Origin: Myxococcota bacterium
GTDB lineage: Bacteria; Myxococcota_A; UBA9160; UBA6930
Length of the DNA: 64,000 bases
Direction of reading: 5' to 3'
Assembly: GCA_965223705.1 (NCBI GenBank)
Contig: OZ245015.1
Span: 608,001-672,000, forward strand
Each line of letters starts with the position of its first letter. Positions within the stretch are counted from its first letter, which is position 1. The notes below the pieces were generated by a model, which ran no database searches, was not told where the DNA came from, and saw nothing but the letters and a program-made list of their open reading frames with translations. This document shows, piece by piece, positions 1 through 8,125 of the stretch. The position numbers and the translations under genes are program-made.

Positions 1-309
1 GACCCCGAAACGAAAGCGCTCGATCCCGAAGGCGAGTTCTTCTACTTCGCGCGTCAGCCGATCTGGCGGACGAAGAAGGGCGCCATGACGCGCTACCAGA
101 CGAACGGCGGCGGCGGCTGGGGTGAGCCCCTCCGTCGCGAGCCCGACCGCGTGCTGTCCGACGTTCGCAACGGCTACGCCAGCCTCGAGCATGCCCGGGA
201 GGCGTACGGCGTCGTCATCAACGGCGATCCCGATCGCGACCCCGAGGGCCTCGTTCTCGACCTCGACGCCACCCGCGCGCTGCGCGCGCGCATGGAGGGC
301 ACGCGCTAG
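1..309 (+). CDS. Hydantoinase B/oxoprolinase family protein, C-terminal fragment (5' end outside window)
   Basis: Frame is open from base 1. Ends with the family tail TNGGGGWGEPLRREPDRVLSDVRNGYASLEHAREAYGVV. Confidence 0.8.
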   Translation, partial: DPETKALDPEGEFFYFARQPIWRTKKGAMTRYQTNGGGGWGEPLRREPDRVLSDVRNGYASLEHAREAYGVVINGDPDRDPEGLVLDLDATRALRARMEGTR

Positions 310-322
310 TTCCCGCGGGCTC

Positions 323-1441
323 CTAGTGGAGTGTGGCGAGAGCGAAGGCGGTGCCCGCTGCGAGAATCGCGGCGAGAGGCAGCGTGACAACCCAAGCGAA
401 CACCACGGTCGCGACGACGCGCCAGTCGGTGCGGCTGTGGATGCCGATACCGAAGATCGCCCCCGCCGAGACGTGCGTCGTGGAAACCGGGCTGCCGAGC
501 AGCGACGCGCCGATCACCAGGCCGCTTCCGACGGCGTTAGCGAGGAGACCCTGCCCGTGGGTGAGCGACGTGATTCGGTGTGCCAGGGTTTCTGCAACTC
601 GCCGCGCTGAAAGCCAACCACCGAGTGCCATCGCGAACGCCACGCCGCAGAGCGCCCAGCGCGGGTCGATCGCGAGCCAGCCCGCCGCCACCAGGAGTGC
701 CAGTACTTTGGGCGTGTCGTTCAGGCCGCGCGCGAAGCCCAAGGCAAAGCCCGAAACCATGTGGAGTCGATCGAGGACACCCTGAAACGAGATGCCGAGC
801 AGCGAGCCCGCGTAGATCGCTCGACAGGCGGATTGTTGATCGATGGTGAGCGCGACGCCGGTTCGACGGAGCACCATGGAACCGTCGCCGCTGATATCGA
901 CGGGATCGCGCGTCGTTCCGACGCAGATGCAGAGGTCGCTCTCGACTCCGAGTCGTTTGCGGATCCCGTGAAACAGGGGGTAGAGAAGCGCCGTGGTTCC
1001 GATCGCCAAGAACGGGCTCAAGAGGAGCGGCGCAAAGTAGCTACCGGCGAGAGCCGACCAAACCAAGTCGCCGGGCGCCAGGGCGATTCCGGCGCCCGCA
1101 AGCCCGCCGACCAGTGCGTGCGTCGTCGAGATCGGTCCCCCGACAAAGGTCGCGAGAAGCACGGTCCCCCCGGCACCGAGTCCGACCGAAACGAGGAAAG
1201 CGGGGTCTCCGACGACCGCGTCGGGCACGAGACCTTTGCCCCCGAAGGCCGTGAGCAGGCCGGCGGCGAGCGCCACCGAGGCGGCTGAACCCGTGAGCTG
1301 CGCGATCGTAGCCAGGGCGCGCGCATGCGGATAGCCGATCGTCCCCGAGCCGTAGAGCGTCGCCGTGGCTTTCACGTTGTCGTTCGCACCGTTCGCGTAG
1401 GCGAGCAACAACGCAGCGGTCACCAGGAGTACAAGGAGCAA
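323..1441 (-). CDS. PiT (PHO4) family inorganic phosphate/anion transporter
   Basis: GANDN and GLNDTPK signature repeats, PISTTH/PVSTTH motifs, many TM segments; GGAGG before the TTG start. Confidence 0.9.
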   Translation of the reverse strand: MLLVLLVTAALLLAYANGANDNVKATATLYGSGTIGYPHARALATIAQLTGSAASVALAAGLLTAFGGKGLVPDAVVGDPAFLVSVGLGAGGTVLLATFVGGPISTTHALVGGLAGAGIALAPGDLVWSALAGSYFAPLLLSPFLAIGTTALLYPLFHGIRKRLGVESDLCICVGTTRDPVDISGDGSMVLRRTGVALTIDQQSACRAIYAGSLLGISFQGVLDRLHMVSGFALGFARGLNDTPKVLALLVAAGWLAIDPRWALCGVAFAMALGGWLSARRVAETLAHRITSLTHGQGLLANAVGSGLVIGASLLGSPVSTTHVSAGAIFGIGIHSRTDWRVVATVVFAWVVTLPLAAILAAGTAFALATLH

Positions 1442-1639
1442 GTGCGCCTCCCGGACGGGACTACGCCATTTCGCCTCCGCCGGTTACGCGAACCCCTGTT
1501 TTTTTGTGGTCTCCGTCACCCTAGCCACGACCGGACGTTAGGTGCTCCCGTTGCCGATCGGTGAACGCATCACCGTTCATGATCGCAAGAGAATGTGGGA
1601 TGATATGCGCCGCGTCGGGAAGGGTACGAGGAAGCCACA

Positions 1640-1945
1640 TTGCGAAATCACAAGCTCATCCATGTCATCCTTGGAGCCGCCTTGCTCGGTCTTACGAGCG
1701 GATGCGCCACGAGTCAGGAAGTGAGTCAGCTCCGCGAAGAACTGCGGCAAACCCGCCAGGAAGTAACGCAGGCTCGGACGGCGGCGGAGAACGCCGATCA
1801 ACGGGCACAGCGGGCGGAGAACGCCGCTCGCTCGGCCAGCATCGAGGCGGGCCGAGCTGCCGACGCGGCCGCCTCGGCGTCGGCGGAAGCTCGCGCCGCG
1901 AGCGACAAGGCCGAGCGCGTCTTCAAGGCGTCCCTGCGGAAGTAA
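1640..1945 (+). CDS. Lpp/OprI-like alanine-zipper outer-membrane lipoprotein
   Basis: Lipobox LTSG-C, Ala-rich coiled coil, C-terminal Lys (..FKASLRK); adjacent to L,D-transpeptidases. Confidence 0.85.
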   Translation: MRNHKLIHVILGAALLGLTSGCATSQEVSQLREELRQTRQEVTQARTAAENADQRAQRAENAARSASIEAGRAADAAASASAEARAASDKAERVFKASLRK

Positions 1946-1951
1946 CGCACC

Positions 1952-2473
1952 ATGCGGCGGCGTTGGCTTCTCTTGCGCAGCTGCGTCTGCATCGGCTGGA
2001 TCGCGGGCCTACTCGCCCTTCCTGTTCGGGCCGGCCCCGAGAGCGCGGCGCAGGCCGACCGCGTGAAGGTCTACAAGTCAGAGCGCAAGCTCTTGCTGCT
2101 TCGTCGCGGGCGCATCCTGCGACAGTACGCGATCGCGCTCGGCCAGAATCCCGAAGGACACAAGCGAGAGTCCGGTGACGGGCGCACGCCCGAAGGGCGC
2201 TACGTCCTCGATTGGCGCAGCGACGAGAGCCGCTTCTACCGGGCCATTCACGTGTCTTATCCGAACGGAGCGGACGTGTTGCAAGCGCGTGAGCGACGGG
2301 TCGACCCCGGAGGCGCGATCATGATCCACGGGTTGCCGAACGGCTTGGGCTTGATCGGATCGGCGCATCGCTTCTTCGACTGGACCGACGGTTGTATCGC
2401 CGTGACGAACGAAGAGATGGATGAAATCTGGGAGCGCGTCCCGGACGGTACGACCATCGAGATCTGGCCCTGA
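1952..2473 (+). CDS. L,D-transpeptidase (YkuD) family protein, YafK/DpaA-like short type
   Basis: Signal peptide; K-x3-GDGRTPEG, SYPN and IMIHG...WTDGCIA catalytic His/Cys motif. Confidence 0.9.
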   Translation: MRRRWLLLRSCVCIGWIAGLLALPVRAGPESAAQADRVKVYKSERKLLLLRRGRILRQYAIALGQNPEGHKRESGDGRTPEGRYVLDWRSDESRFYRAIHVSYPNGADVLQARERRVDPGGAIMIHGLPNGLGLIGSAHRFFDWTDGCIAVTNEEMDEIWERVPDGTTIEIWP

Positions 2474-3432
2474 TGCCGCGTCGTTGTGTCGCCTGGCTGT
2501 TTGCCGCGAGCTTGTTGTTCGCCTGCGCGAAGCGTCCAGCGCTCGAGGCCCATCCGGAGCCGCAGCCCTCGAACGTCGCGGGCCGACAGGGCGTACACGT
2601 CGCTACGGCCGACGATACGCTGGTCGAGCTCGCCCGAACCTACGCAATCGGCTACGTCGAACTCGTGGCGGCGAACCCCGGGATCGATCCTTGGTTGCCG
2701 CCGGCGGGCACACCGCTCGTTCTTCCGACCGCGCATCTGCTGCCGCCGGGACTCCATGAGGGGGTTGTCATCAACCTCGCCGAGCAGCGCCTCTATTACT
2801 TCGACGCGCCGGGCCCGCCCCGCACTTATCCGATCGGTGTGAGCCGCGCCGGTTGGAGGACCCCCATCGGTGAGACGACCGTCACCCGAAAGGCCGAGGC
2901 TCCGACCTGGTACCCGCCGGAGTCCGCCCGCCGCGAAGATCCGAGCTTGCCGATGGTCGTGCCGCCCGGGCCCGACAATCCCCTTGGCGAGCGGGCCCTC
3001 TACCTGGGCTGGCCCCGCTATCTCATCCACGGGACGAATGAACCGTACGGCGTGGGAAGACGCGTGAGCCGAGGCTGCATCCGGCTCTACCCGGAGCACA
3101 TCGAAGAGCTCTACCCGATGGTCTCGCCGGGGACGAAAGTCCGGGTCATCGACGAGCCCATCAAACTCGATTGGGTCGGGGACGCGCTCTACATCGAGGC
3201 ACATCCGACCCTCAAACAGGCCGGAGAACTCGAGGAGCACGGGTTTTTCCGACCGGTAGAAGCTCCGGAGCTTCGCGAGCGGATACCCGCGATCGCGATC
3301 TCATCCGCCGACCGCGTCGATTGGGCGGCCGTCGACCTCGCGGTGCGCGAACGCCGGGGCGTGCCCATCCCGATCATCCGGGGCTCCAAACCCCGCCCGA
3401 ATTGGCTTTTCAGCCGGCACGCGTCGAGGTGA
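2473..3432 (+). CDS. L,D-transpeptidase, ErfK/YbiS/YcfS type
   Basis: Lipobox LFA-C; LysM-like ELVAANPGIDPWLP; PGPDNPLG, IHGTN...SRGCIRL; overlaps the previous stop (TGATG). Confidence 0.92.
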   Translation: MPRRCVAWLFAASLLFACAKRPALEAHPEPQPSNVAGRQGVHVATADDTLVELARTYAIGYVELVAANPGIDPWLPPAGTPLVLPTAHLLPPGLHEGVVINLAEQRLYYFDAPGPPRTYPIGVSRAGWRTPIGETTVTRKAEAPTWYPPESARREDPSLPMVVPPGPDNPLGERALYLGWPRYLIHGTNEPYGVGRRVSRGCIRLYPEHIEELYPMVSPGTKVRVIDEPIKLDWVGDALYIEAHPTLKQAGELEEHGFFRPVEAPELRERIPAIAISSADRVDWAAVDLAVRERRGVPIPIIRGSKPRPNWLFSRHASR

Positions 3433-3519
3433 TTCGTTAGCTTCGAACTCTCGAGACCGGCGCCGGGCTTGCCCCCATCTGCTGGGTCCTTTCTGCTGAG
3501 TCCTTTCGGGAGTGGATGA

Positions 3520-4416
3520 ATGGCGCGGGACGAGTCGTACGAACTACTCGAGGCGGTCGAGCCCGACGTCGCGCGCTTGGTCGAAGAGCACGAGAAGCGT
3601 CGGAAGCACTGGTACTACCACGACCTTGTTCCGTGGGAGCGGGCGGAATCGTTCCGCGACAAGCCCTGGGACCCCTCGCAGTGCACCCTTTCCGAAGACG
3701 CCCGGGCCTCGCTCGCCTTGAATCTTCTCACCGAAGACAACCTGCCTTGGTATCACCGGGGATTGGCCACCGAGCTCCCGCGGGATTCAATGTGGGATCG
3801 GTGGCTCGGTATCTGGACTGCCGAGGAGGGCCAGCACTCCGTCGCAATCCGCACCTACCTGCTGGCGTCGCGCAACAGCGATCCCGAGGCGCTCGAGAAC
3901 GATCGCATGGATACGATGAAGTCCGGCTGGCACGGGGACTTCTCGAGCCCCATCGAGTTGTTGGCGTATACGTCCGCCCAAGAACTGGCGACGCGCGTAG
4001 CGCACCGGAACGCCGGCGACATCGCCGATGACAAGGCGGCCCTCGATCTGATGCGCAAGGTGGCGACGGACGAGAACCACCACTTCGTGTTCTACCGAGG
4101 CGTTCTCGCAGCACTGCTGCGCGAAAACGCCTCGGCTGTCCTGCAGGGGATCTACGACTCCTTCGTCGATTTTCGGATGCCGGGCTCGAGCATTCCGGGC
4201 TTCTTGCGGCGCTCCGTCGCGATCGCGCGCGCCGGCGTCTACAACCTGCGGATTCATCACGATCGCGTGTTGTGGCCGCTGCTCGACTACTGGAAGATCG
4301 GTTCTCTGTCCGGTCTGACCGGTGAGGCGGCGGAGTTCCAGGAGAAGATCATGGCGCTCCCCGATCGCGTGATGCGCAGCGCCGAGCGCTTCGAGGCGCG
4401 GTTCGGCACGGCTTAG
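3520..4416 (+). CDS. Acyl-ACP desaturase (soluble di-iron, DesA type)
   Basis: LLTEDNLP, WTAEEGQH, QELAT and DENHH di-iron motifs; FRMPG. Confidence 0.9.
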   Translation: MARDESYELLEAVEPDVARLVEEHEKRRKHWYYHDLVPWERAESFRDKPWDPSQCTLSEDARASLALNLLTEDNLPWYHRGLATELPRDSMWDRWLGIWTAEEGQHSVAIRTYLLASRNSDPEALENDRMDTMKSGWHGDFSSPIELLAYTSAQELATRVAHRNAGDIADDKAALDLMRKVATDENHHFVFYRGVLAALLRENASAVLQGIYDSFVDFRMPGSSIPGFLRRSVAIARAGVYNLRIHHDRVLWPLLDYWKIGSLSGLTGEAAEFQEKIMALPDRVMRSAERFEARFGTA

Positions 4417-4474
4417 CCGACCGCTCACCGCACTCTTCGTATACGCGGCCCTTACGACGGCTTGCGCGACCACC

Positions 4475-5017
4475 GTGCCGGTCCAGCAGGGCGATCTCTG
4501 CGCGATCTTCGATCAAAACCCGTCGTGGTATTCCTACGCGCTGAAGTCCGAGACGACCTGGGGAACGCCGAAGCACATTCAGCTCGCGTTCGTCCGCCAG
4601 GAATCGAGCTTTCGAGCGAACGCAAAGCCGCCGTTCCGCTGGTTCCTGTTCGTCCCGCTGGGTCGAGCTTCCTCGGCGAAGGGTTACCCGCAGGCTCAGG
4701 ACCCGGTGTGGAATGAATACGAAAGCGAGCGAGGCAGGTTGCTGCGCAGCCGCTCGGATATGAAGGACGCCCTCGATTTCATCGGCTGGTACAACCACAA
4801 GAGCCACCGAAGGCTCGGTTTGTCGAAACGCGACGCCCGCTCGCTGTACCTCGCCTACCACGAAGGCCATACCGGCTACCGACGCGGGAGCTACCGAAAG
4901 AAGGCGTGGTTGATGCGCGTGGCAGACCGCGTTGCAGCGAACGCGGAGCGCTACGAGGCACAGCTGGGTCAGTGCGAGGCGAAATTTCGCCGGCGAGGAA
5001 TCTGGCCGTTCAGTTGA
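4475..5017 (+). CDS. Transglycosylase SLT-domain lipoprotein (true start probably upstream, about 4412-4424)
   Basis: QESSF catalytic Glu motif, ASSAKGYPQA, LYLAYHEG; upstream in-frame hydrophobic stretch with lipobox LTTA-C. Confidence 0.8.
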   Translation: MPVQQGDLCAIFDQNPSWYSYALKSETTWGTPKHIQLAFVRQESSFRANAKPPFRWFLFVPLGRASSAKGYPQAQDPVWNEYESERGRLLRSRSDMKDALDFIGWYNHKSHRRLGLSKRDARSLYLAYHEGHTGYRRGSYRKKAWLMRVADRVAANAERYEAQLGQCEAKFRRRGIWPFS

Positions 5018-5037
5018 TCCGGTTGGCCTCTCTATTT

Positions 5038-5070
5038 AGTATAGATTATATCTGTACATTCGTGTAAGCT
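5038..5070 (+). promoter_or_regulatory. 21-bp palindromic operator over the -35 region, plus -10 TAAGCT (leaderless-type promoter)
   Basis: AGTATAGATTATATCTGTACA (5038-5058) matches the palindrome at 7861-7881 at 18/21; TAAGCT ends 6 nt before ATG 5077. Confidence 0.75.
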
Positions 5071-5076
5071 TCCGGG

Positions 5077-6561
5077 ATGGGAGCAAGAAGCGAATCCACC
5101 GAACCGCCGTCTGTACTCCTGACGGGGGCGACCGGGTACGTCGGCGGGCGGCTTCTCGGGCGACTCCGGGATTGCGGAGCGCGAGTTCGGTGCCTGGCGC
5201 GCCGCCCCGATTACCTCCGATCTCGGGTGGATGAAGCCGTCGAAGTCGTTTCCGGCGACGCGCTCGAGCGCGACACACTCGAGCGGGCGCTTCGCGGGGT
5301 CGAAGTCGCGTATTACATGATCCACTCGATGGGCTCCGCGGGGAGCTTCATCGAACAGGACCGCGTGGCGGCGCGGAACTTCGCGGCCGCTGCGAAGTCC
5401 TGCGGCGTTCGGCGCATCATCTACCTGGGCGGACTCGGCCAGGAGGGCGCACAGCTCTCGAGCCATCTCGAAAGCCGTCACGAAGTCGGCGAAATCTTGC
5501 GCGCCTCCGGACTCGAGGTCATCGAGTTCCGGGCCTCGGTGGTGATCGGTTCCGGGAGTCTTTCGTACGAGATGGTGCGTTCTCTCGTCGAAGGCCTGCC
5601 TTTGATGATCACGCCCAACTGGGTGCGCACGCCGGCGCAGCCGATCGGGATCGAGGATCTCCTCGATTACTTGACACGCGCCTTGACGCTTCCGATGCCG
5701 AACGGTGCAGCCCGGGTATACGAGATCGGCGGTGCGGACCGCGTCTCTTACGAAGACATGATGAGGACCTACGCGGATCTTCGAAAGCTGCCGCGCTGGA
5801 TGCTTCCAGTCCCCGTGATCACGCCCTGGCTCTCGAGCCTTTGGTTGGGGCTCGTCACGCCGATCTACGCGCGGATCGGCAGGAAGATCATCGACAGCGC
5901 CGCCTATCCGACGGTTGCGGATGACGCCGACGCGCGCCGCGACTTCGGTGTCGAGCCCGTCGGCATTCGCGAAGCCATGTTCGCCGCGCTCCGCAACGAA
6001 GACCGGAAGTTCGCGGCAACGCGCTGGTCCGACGCCGTCTCAGCGGCCGGCGTCGAATCCCGCTACGGCGGTGCCAGGATCGGAAGTCGCCTCGTCGATA
6101 GCCGCAGCTGCCGGGTGCCGGTGGGTCCCGACGAAGCATTCGCGCCGATTCGCCGTATCGGTGGCTCACAGGGTTGGTACGCCTACAACTGGCTCTGGAA
6201 AGTTCGCGGCGCACTCGACCGGATGCTCGGCGGCGTCGGGCTGGGACGCGGCCGCTCCGAGCCCGAACACCTTCGCGTCGGAGACGCCCTCGATTGGTGG
6301 CGGGTCGAGGAGTACATACCCAACAACCTCCTGCGATTGCGCGCCGAGATGAAGGTTCCGGGACGGGCCTGGCTCGAACTCGAGGTTCGGGAGCGCGAAG
6401 GAGGGAGCGAGATCGCGCAGCACGCGGTCTTTGAACCCTCTGGCTTCCTCGGACTCCTCTACTGGTACGGGATCTATCCCCTACACGCACTCGTGTTTCG
6501 CGGGCTCATCGATCAGCTCGGCCAGCGGGCTCGCGAAGCCGGCGCTGCACGCGGCGACTAA
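5077..6561 (+). CDS. SDR/NAD(P)-binding oxidoreductase with C-terminal DUF2867 (YbjT-like)
   Basis: TGATGYVG Rossmann motif, HLESRHEVG, IGGSQGWY, LRLRAEMKVPGRAWLE, GLLYWY. Confidence 0.9.
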   Translation: MGARSESTEPPSVLLTGATGYVGGRLLGRLRDCGARVRCLARRPDYLRSRVDEAVEVVSGDALERDTLERALRGVEVAYYMIHSMGSAGSFIEQDRVAARNFAAAAKSCGVRRIIYLGGLGQEGAQLSSHLESRHEVGEILRASGLEVIEFRASVVIGSGSLSYEMVRSLVEGLPLMITPNWVRTPAQPIGIEDLLDYLTRALTLPMPNGAARVYEIGGADRVSYEDMMRTYADLRKLPRWMLPVPVITPWLSSLWLGLVTPIYARIGRKIIDSAAYPTVADDADARRDFGVEPVGIREAMFAALRNEDRKFAATRWSDAVSAAGVESRYGGARIGSRLVDSRSCRVPVGPDEAFAPIRRIGGSQGWYAYNWLWKVRGALDRMLGGVGLGRGRSEPEHLRVGDALDWWRVEEYIPNNLLRLRAEMKVPGRAWLELEVREREGGSEIAQHAVFEPSGFLGLLYWYGIYPLHALVFRGLIDQLGQRAREAGAARGD

Positions 6562-6577
6562 TCGCGACGGAAGCGCC

Positions 6578-6650
6578 CGCTGCGGTCCAGACCCGTTGCG
6601 ACGGGAACGCGCGCTGCGGTCCAGACCCGTTGCGATGGGAACGCGCGCTG
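6578..6650. repeat. Two tandem 34-bp direct repeats, each with an internal hairpin, between convergent genes
   Basis: CGCTGCGGTCCAGACCCGTTGCGA(C/T)GGGAACGCG at 6578-6611 and 6612-6645; hairpin CCCGT-TGCG-ACGGG. Confidence 0.9.
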
Positions 6651-6654
6651 GGCT

Positions 6655-7842
6655 TCAGTGAAGCGCCGACTCCGCCGCTGCGCTCTTGAGCCCGTCGAGG
6701 GCCGCACGCTCGATCTGCCGCACCCGCTCGCGGGAGAGTCCGAACGCGTCACCGATCTGCTGGAGCGTCATCTCCGGCTTCCCGTTGAGACCGAACCGCA
6801 TCGACAGCACTTCCCGTTCGCGGCGTGTGAGTTTTGAAAGAAGCGAAGGAACGCGTCTCTCGGCGAGGTGTCGATCGAGCTTCTCCTCGAGGCTCTCCTC
6901 TTCGCGATCTGCAATCCGGTCGATGAGAGCCACGGGATCATCCGGTGCGAGCGGTTCGTCCAGGCGGAGCGGGCGCCGGTCGGCCTGGATCAAACCGGTT
7001 ACCTCGCTCTCGGAGAGATCGAGCGTTTTCGCGAGCTTGTCACGGGTCGGGTCGTCAACCGCCGTCCGGCGGGCGCGACGCAGCCGGACGAGTTTTTCGT
7101 GCACACTGGTCGGAAGGCGAACCGTCCGTCCGGTGTTTTGAACCGCCCGAACACACGACTGTCGGACCCACCAAACGGCGTACGTCGAGAAGCGGAACCC
7201 CGCCTCGGGATCGAACTTTTCCACCGCGCGAATCAGACCGAGATTTCCCTCTTGGATCAAATCCAAAAACGATACGCCCATCCCTCGAAACCGTTTCGCC
7301 ACCGACACCGTGAGCTTCAGGTTGTGGCGGACAAACCGATCGCGGGCGCTTCGATAGTCGTCGCACGCAACCTTCGCGTTTCGAAGCCTCGTCGAGGGCT
7401 TGCCGTCGTACGTGTCGACAAAATGAAAAAGTAGCTCTAGACGCGGGCGTATCTGGCCGAACAGTTCGCGCAACCGCCGCGTGTAGCCCGCCGGCCGCTT
7501 GTCGAGCAATTCTGAGGCCGCGAAGAACGAAGCGTCGATTTCGAGAGACACCCGGTCGCCACCCGCGTCGATTCGAGGCCTGACCATTGTGCTCGTGAGC
7601 AAGCCCGCCAGACGGACCGCTTCCCACCGCGCGAGGAGGTAGAGCCAACAAGGCCTCGACACCGAGAGCGTCTCTCGCAGAGCCACCTCCGCGCGTGCCA
7701 TCTCCCGTCCGAGCCGAACCTCCTCCTCGCGCGTGAGGATCTCTGTGTACCGAATCTCCGCCAGGTAGGCGTCGAGAAGCTTCTCTTCAGCGTCTTCGGA
7801 GGCACCGCGGAGTCCCGTCGCTCGGGATCCAAAGATTTCCAT
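6655..7842 (-). CDS. Sigma-70 family sigma factor, RpoD-like alternative (group 2 type, no region 1.1)
   Basis: Region 1.2 AYLAEI..LTREEE; region 2 DLIQEGNLGLIRAVEKFD..FSTYAVWW; region 4 TLQQIG..LSRERVRQIE. Confidence 0.93.
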   Translation of the reverse strand: MEIFGSRATGLRGASEDAEEKLLDAYLAEIRYTEILTREEEVRLGREMARAEVALRETLSVSRPCWLYLLARWEAVRLAGLLTSTMVRPRIDAGGDRVSLEIDASFFAASELLDKRPAGYTRRLRELFGQIRPRLELLFHFVDTYDGKPSTRLRNAKVACDDYRSARDRFVRHNLKLTVSVAKRFRGMGVSFLDLIQEGNLGLIRAVEKFDPEAGFRFSTYAVWWVRQSCVRAVQNTGRTVRLPTSVHEKLVRLRRARRTAVDDPTRDKLAKTLDLSESEVTGLIQADRRPLRLDEPLAPDDPVALIDRIADREEESLEEKLDRHLAERRVPSLLSKLTRREREVLSMRFGLNGKPEMTLQQIGDAFGLSRERVRQIERAALDGLKSAAAESALH

Positions 7843-7848
7843 AGCCGA

Positions 7849-7881
7849 ACGGTATCGTATTGTATAGATAATATCTATACA
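7849..7881 (-). promoter_or_regulatory. Perfect 21-bp palindromic operator plus -10 TACCGT upstream of the sigma factor
   Basis: TGTATAGATA-A-TATCTATACA (7861-7881) ends 18 nt before ATG 7842, the same geometry as at 5038. Confidence 0.8.
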
Positions 7882-7943
7882 TACATGTCGCGTCCCGAGG
7901 GCGACTTGACGATATCGACGCGCTCTTGCACGTTCCCGACACG

Positions 7944-8030
7944 ATGTACCCGACTTTCTGGACCCCGCTTTCCTCCGAGCTTCTCGGGCGGCTTATGAAA
8001 CGAGCCGTGAGGGGTTTCGTCGTCGCGTAG
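7944..8030 (+). other. Candidate leader peptide (MYPTFWTPLSSELLGRLMKRAVRGFVVA; alternative start 7995)
   Basis: Short ORF ending 26 nt before a terminator hairpin; its 3' end carries the alternative pairing strand. Confidence 0.5.
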
Positions 8031-8056
8031 ATCGACACTACAGCCAAGACCTACCG

Positions 8057-8096
8057 AACCTCTCCCGTCACCTGGCCGGAGGGGTTTTTCTTTTCT
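8057..8096 (+). terminator. Intrinsic terminator/attenuator upstream of the amino-acid dehydrogenase
   Basis: Stem AACCTCTCC (8057-8065) / GGAGGGGTT (8078-8086) followed by TTTCTTTTCT. Confidence 0.75.
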
Positions 8097-8125
8097 GGCC
8101 GATCCGGGAACAGCCGAGGAAAGCC

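Noticed and set aside
6578..6650. Possible mini-CRISPR array
   Set aside because: The repeats abut with no spacers, there are only two copies, and no cas genes are present.
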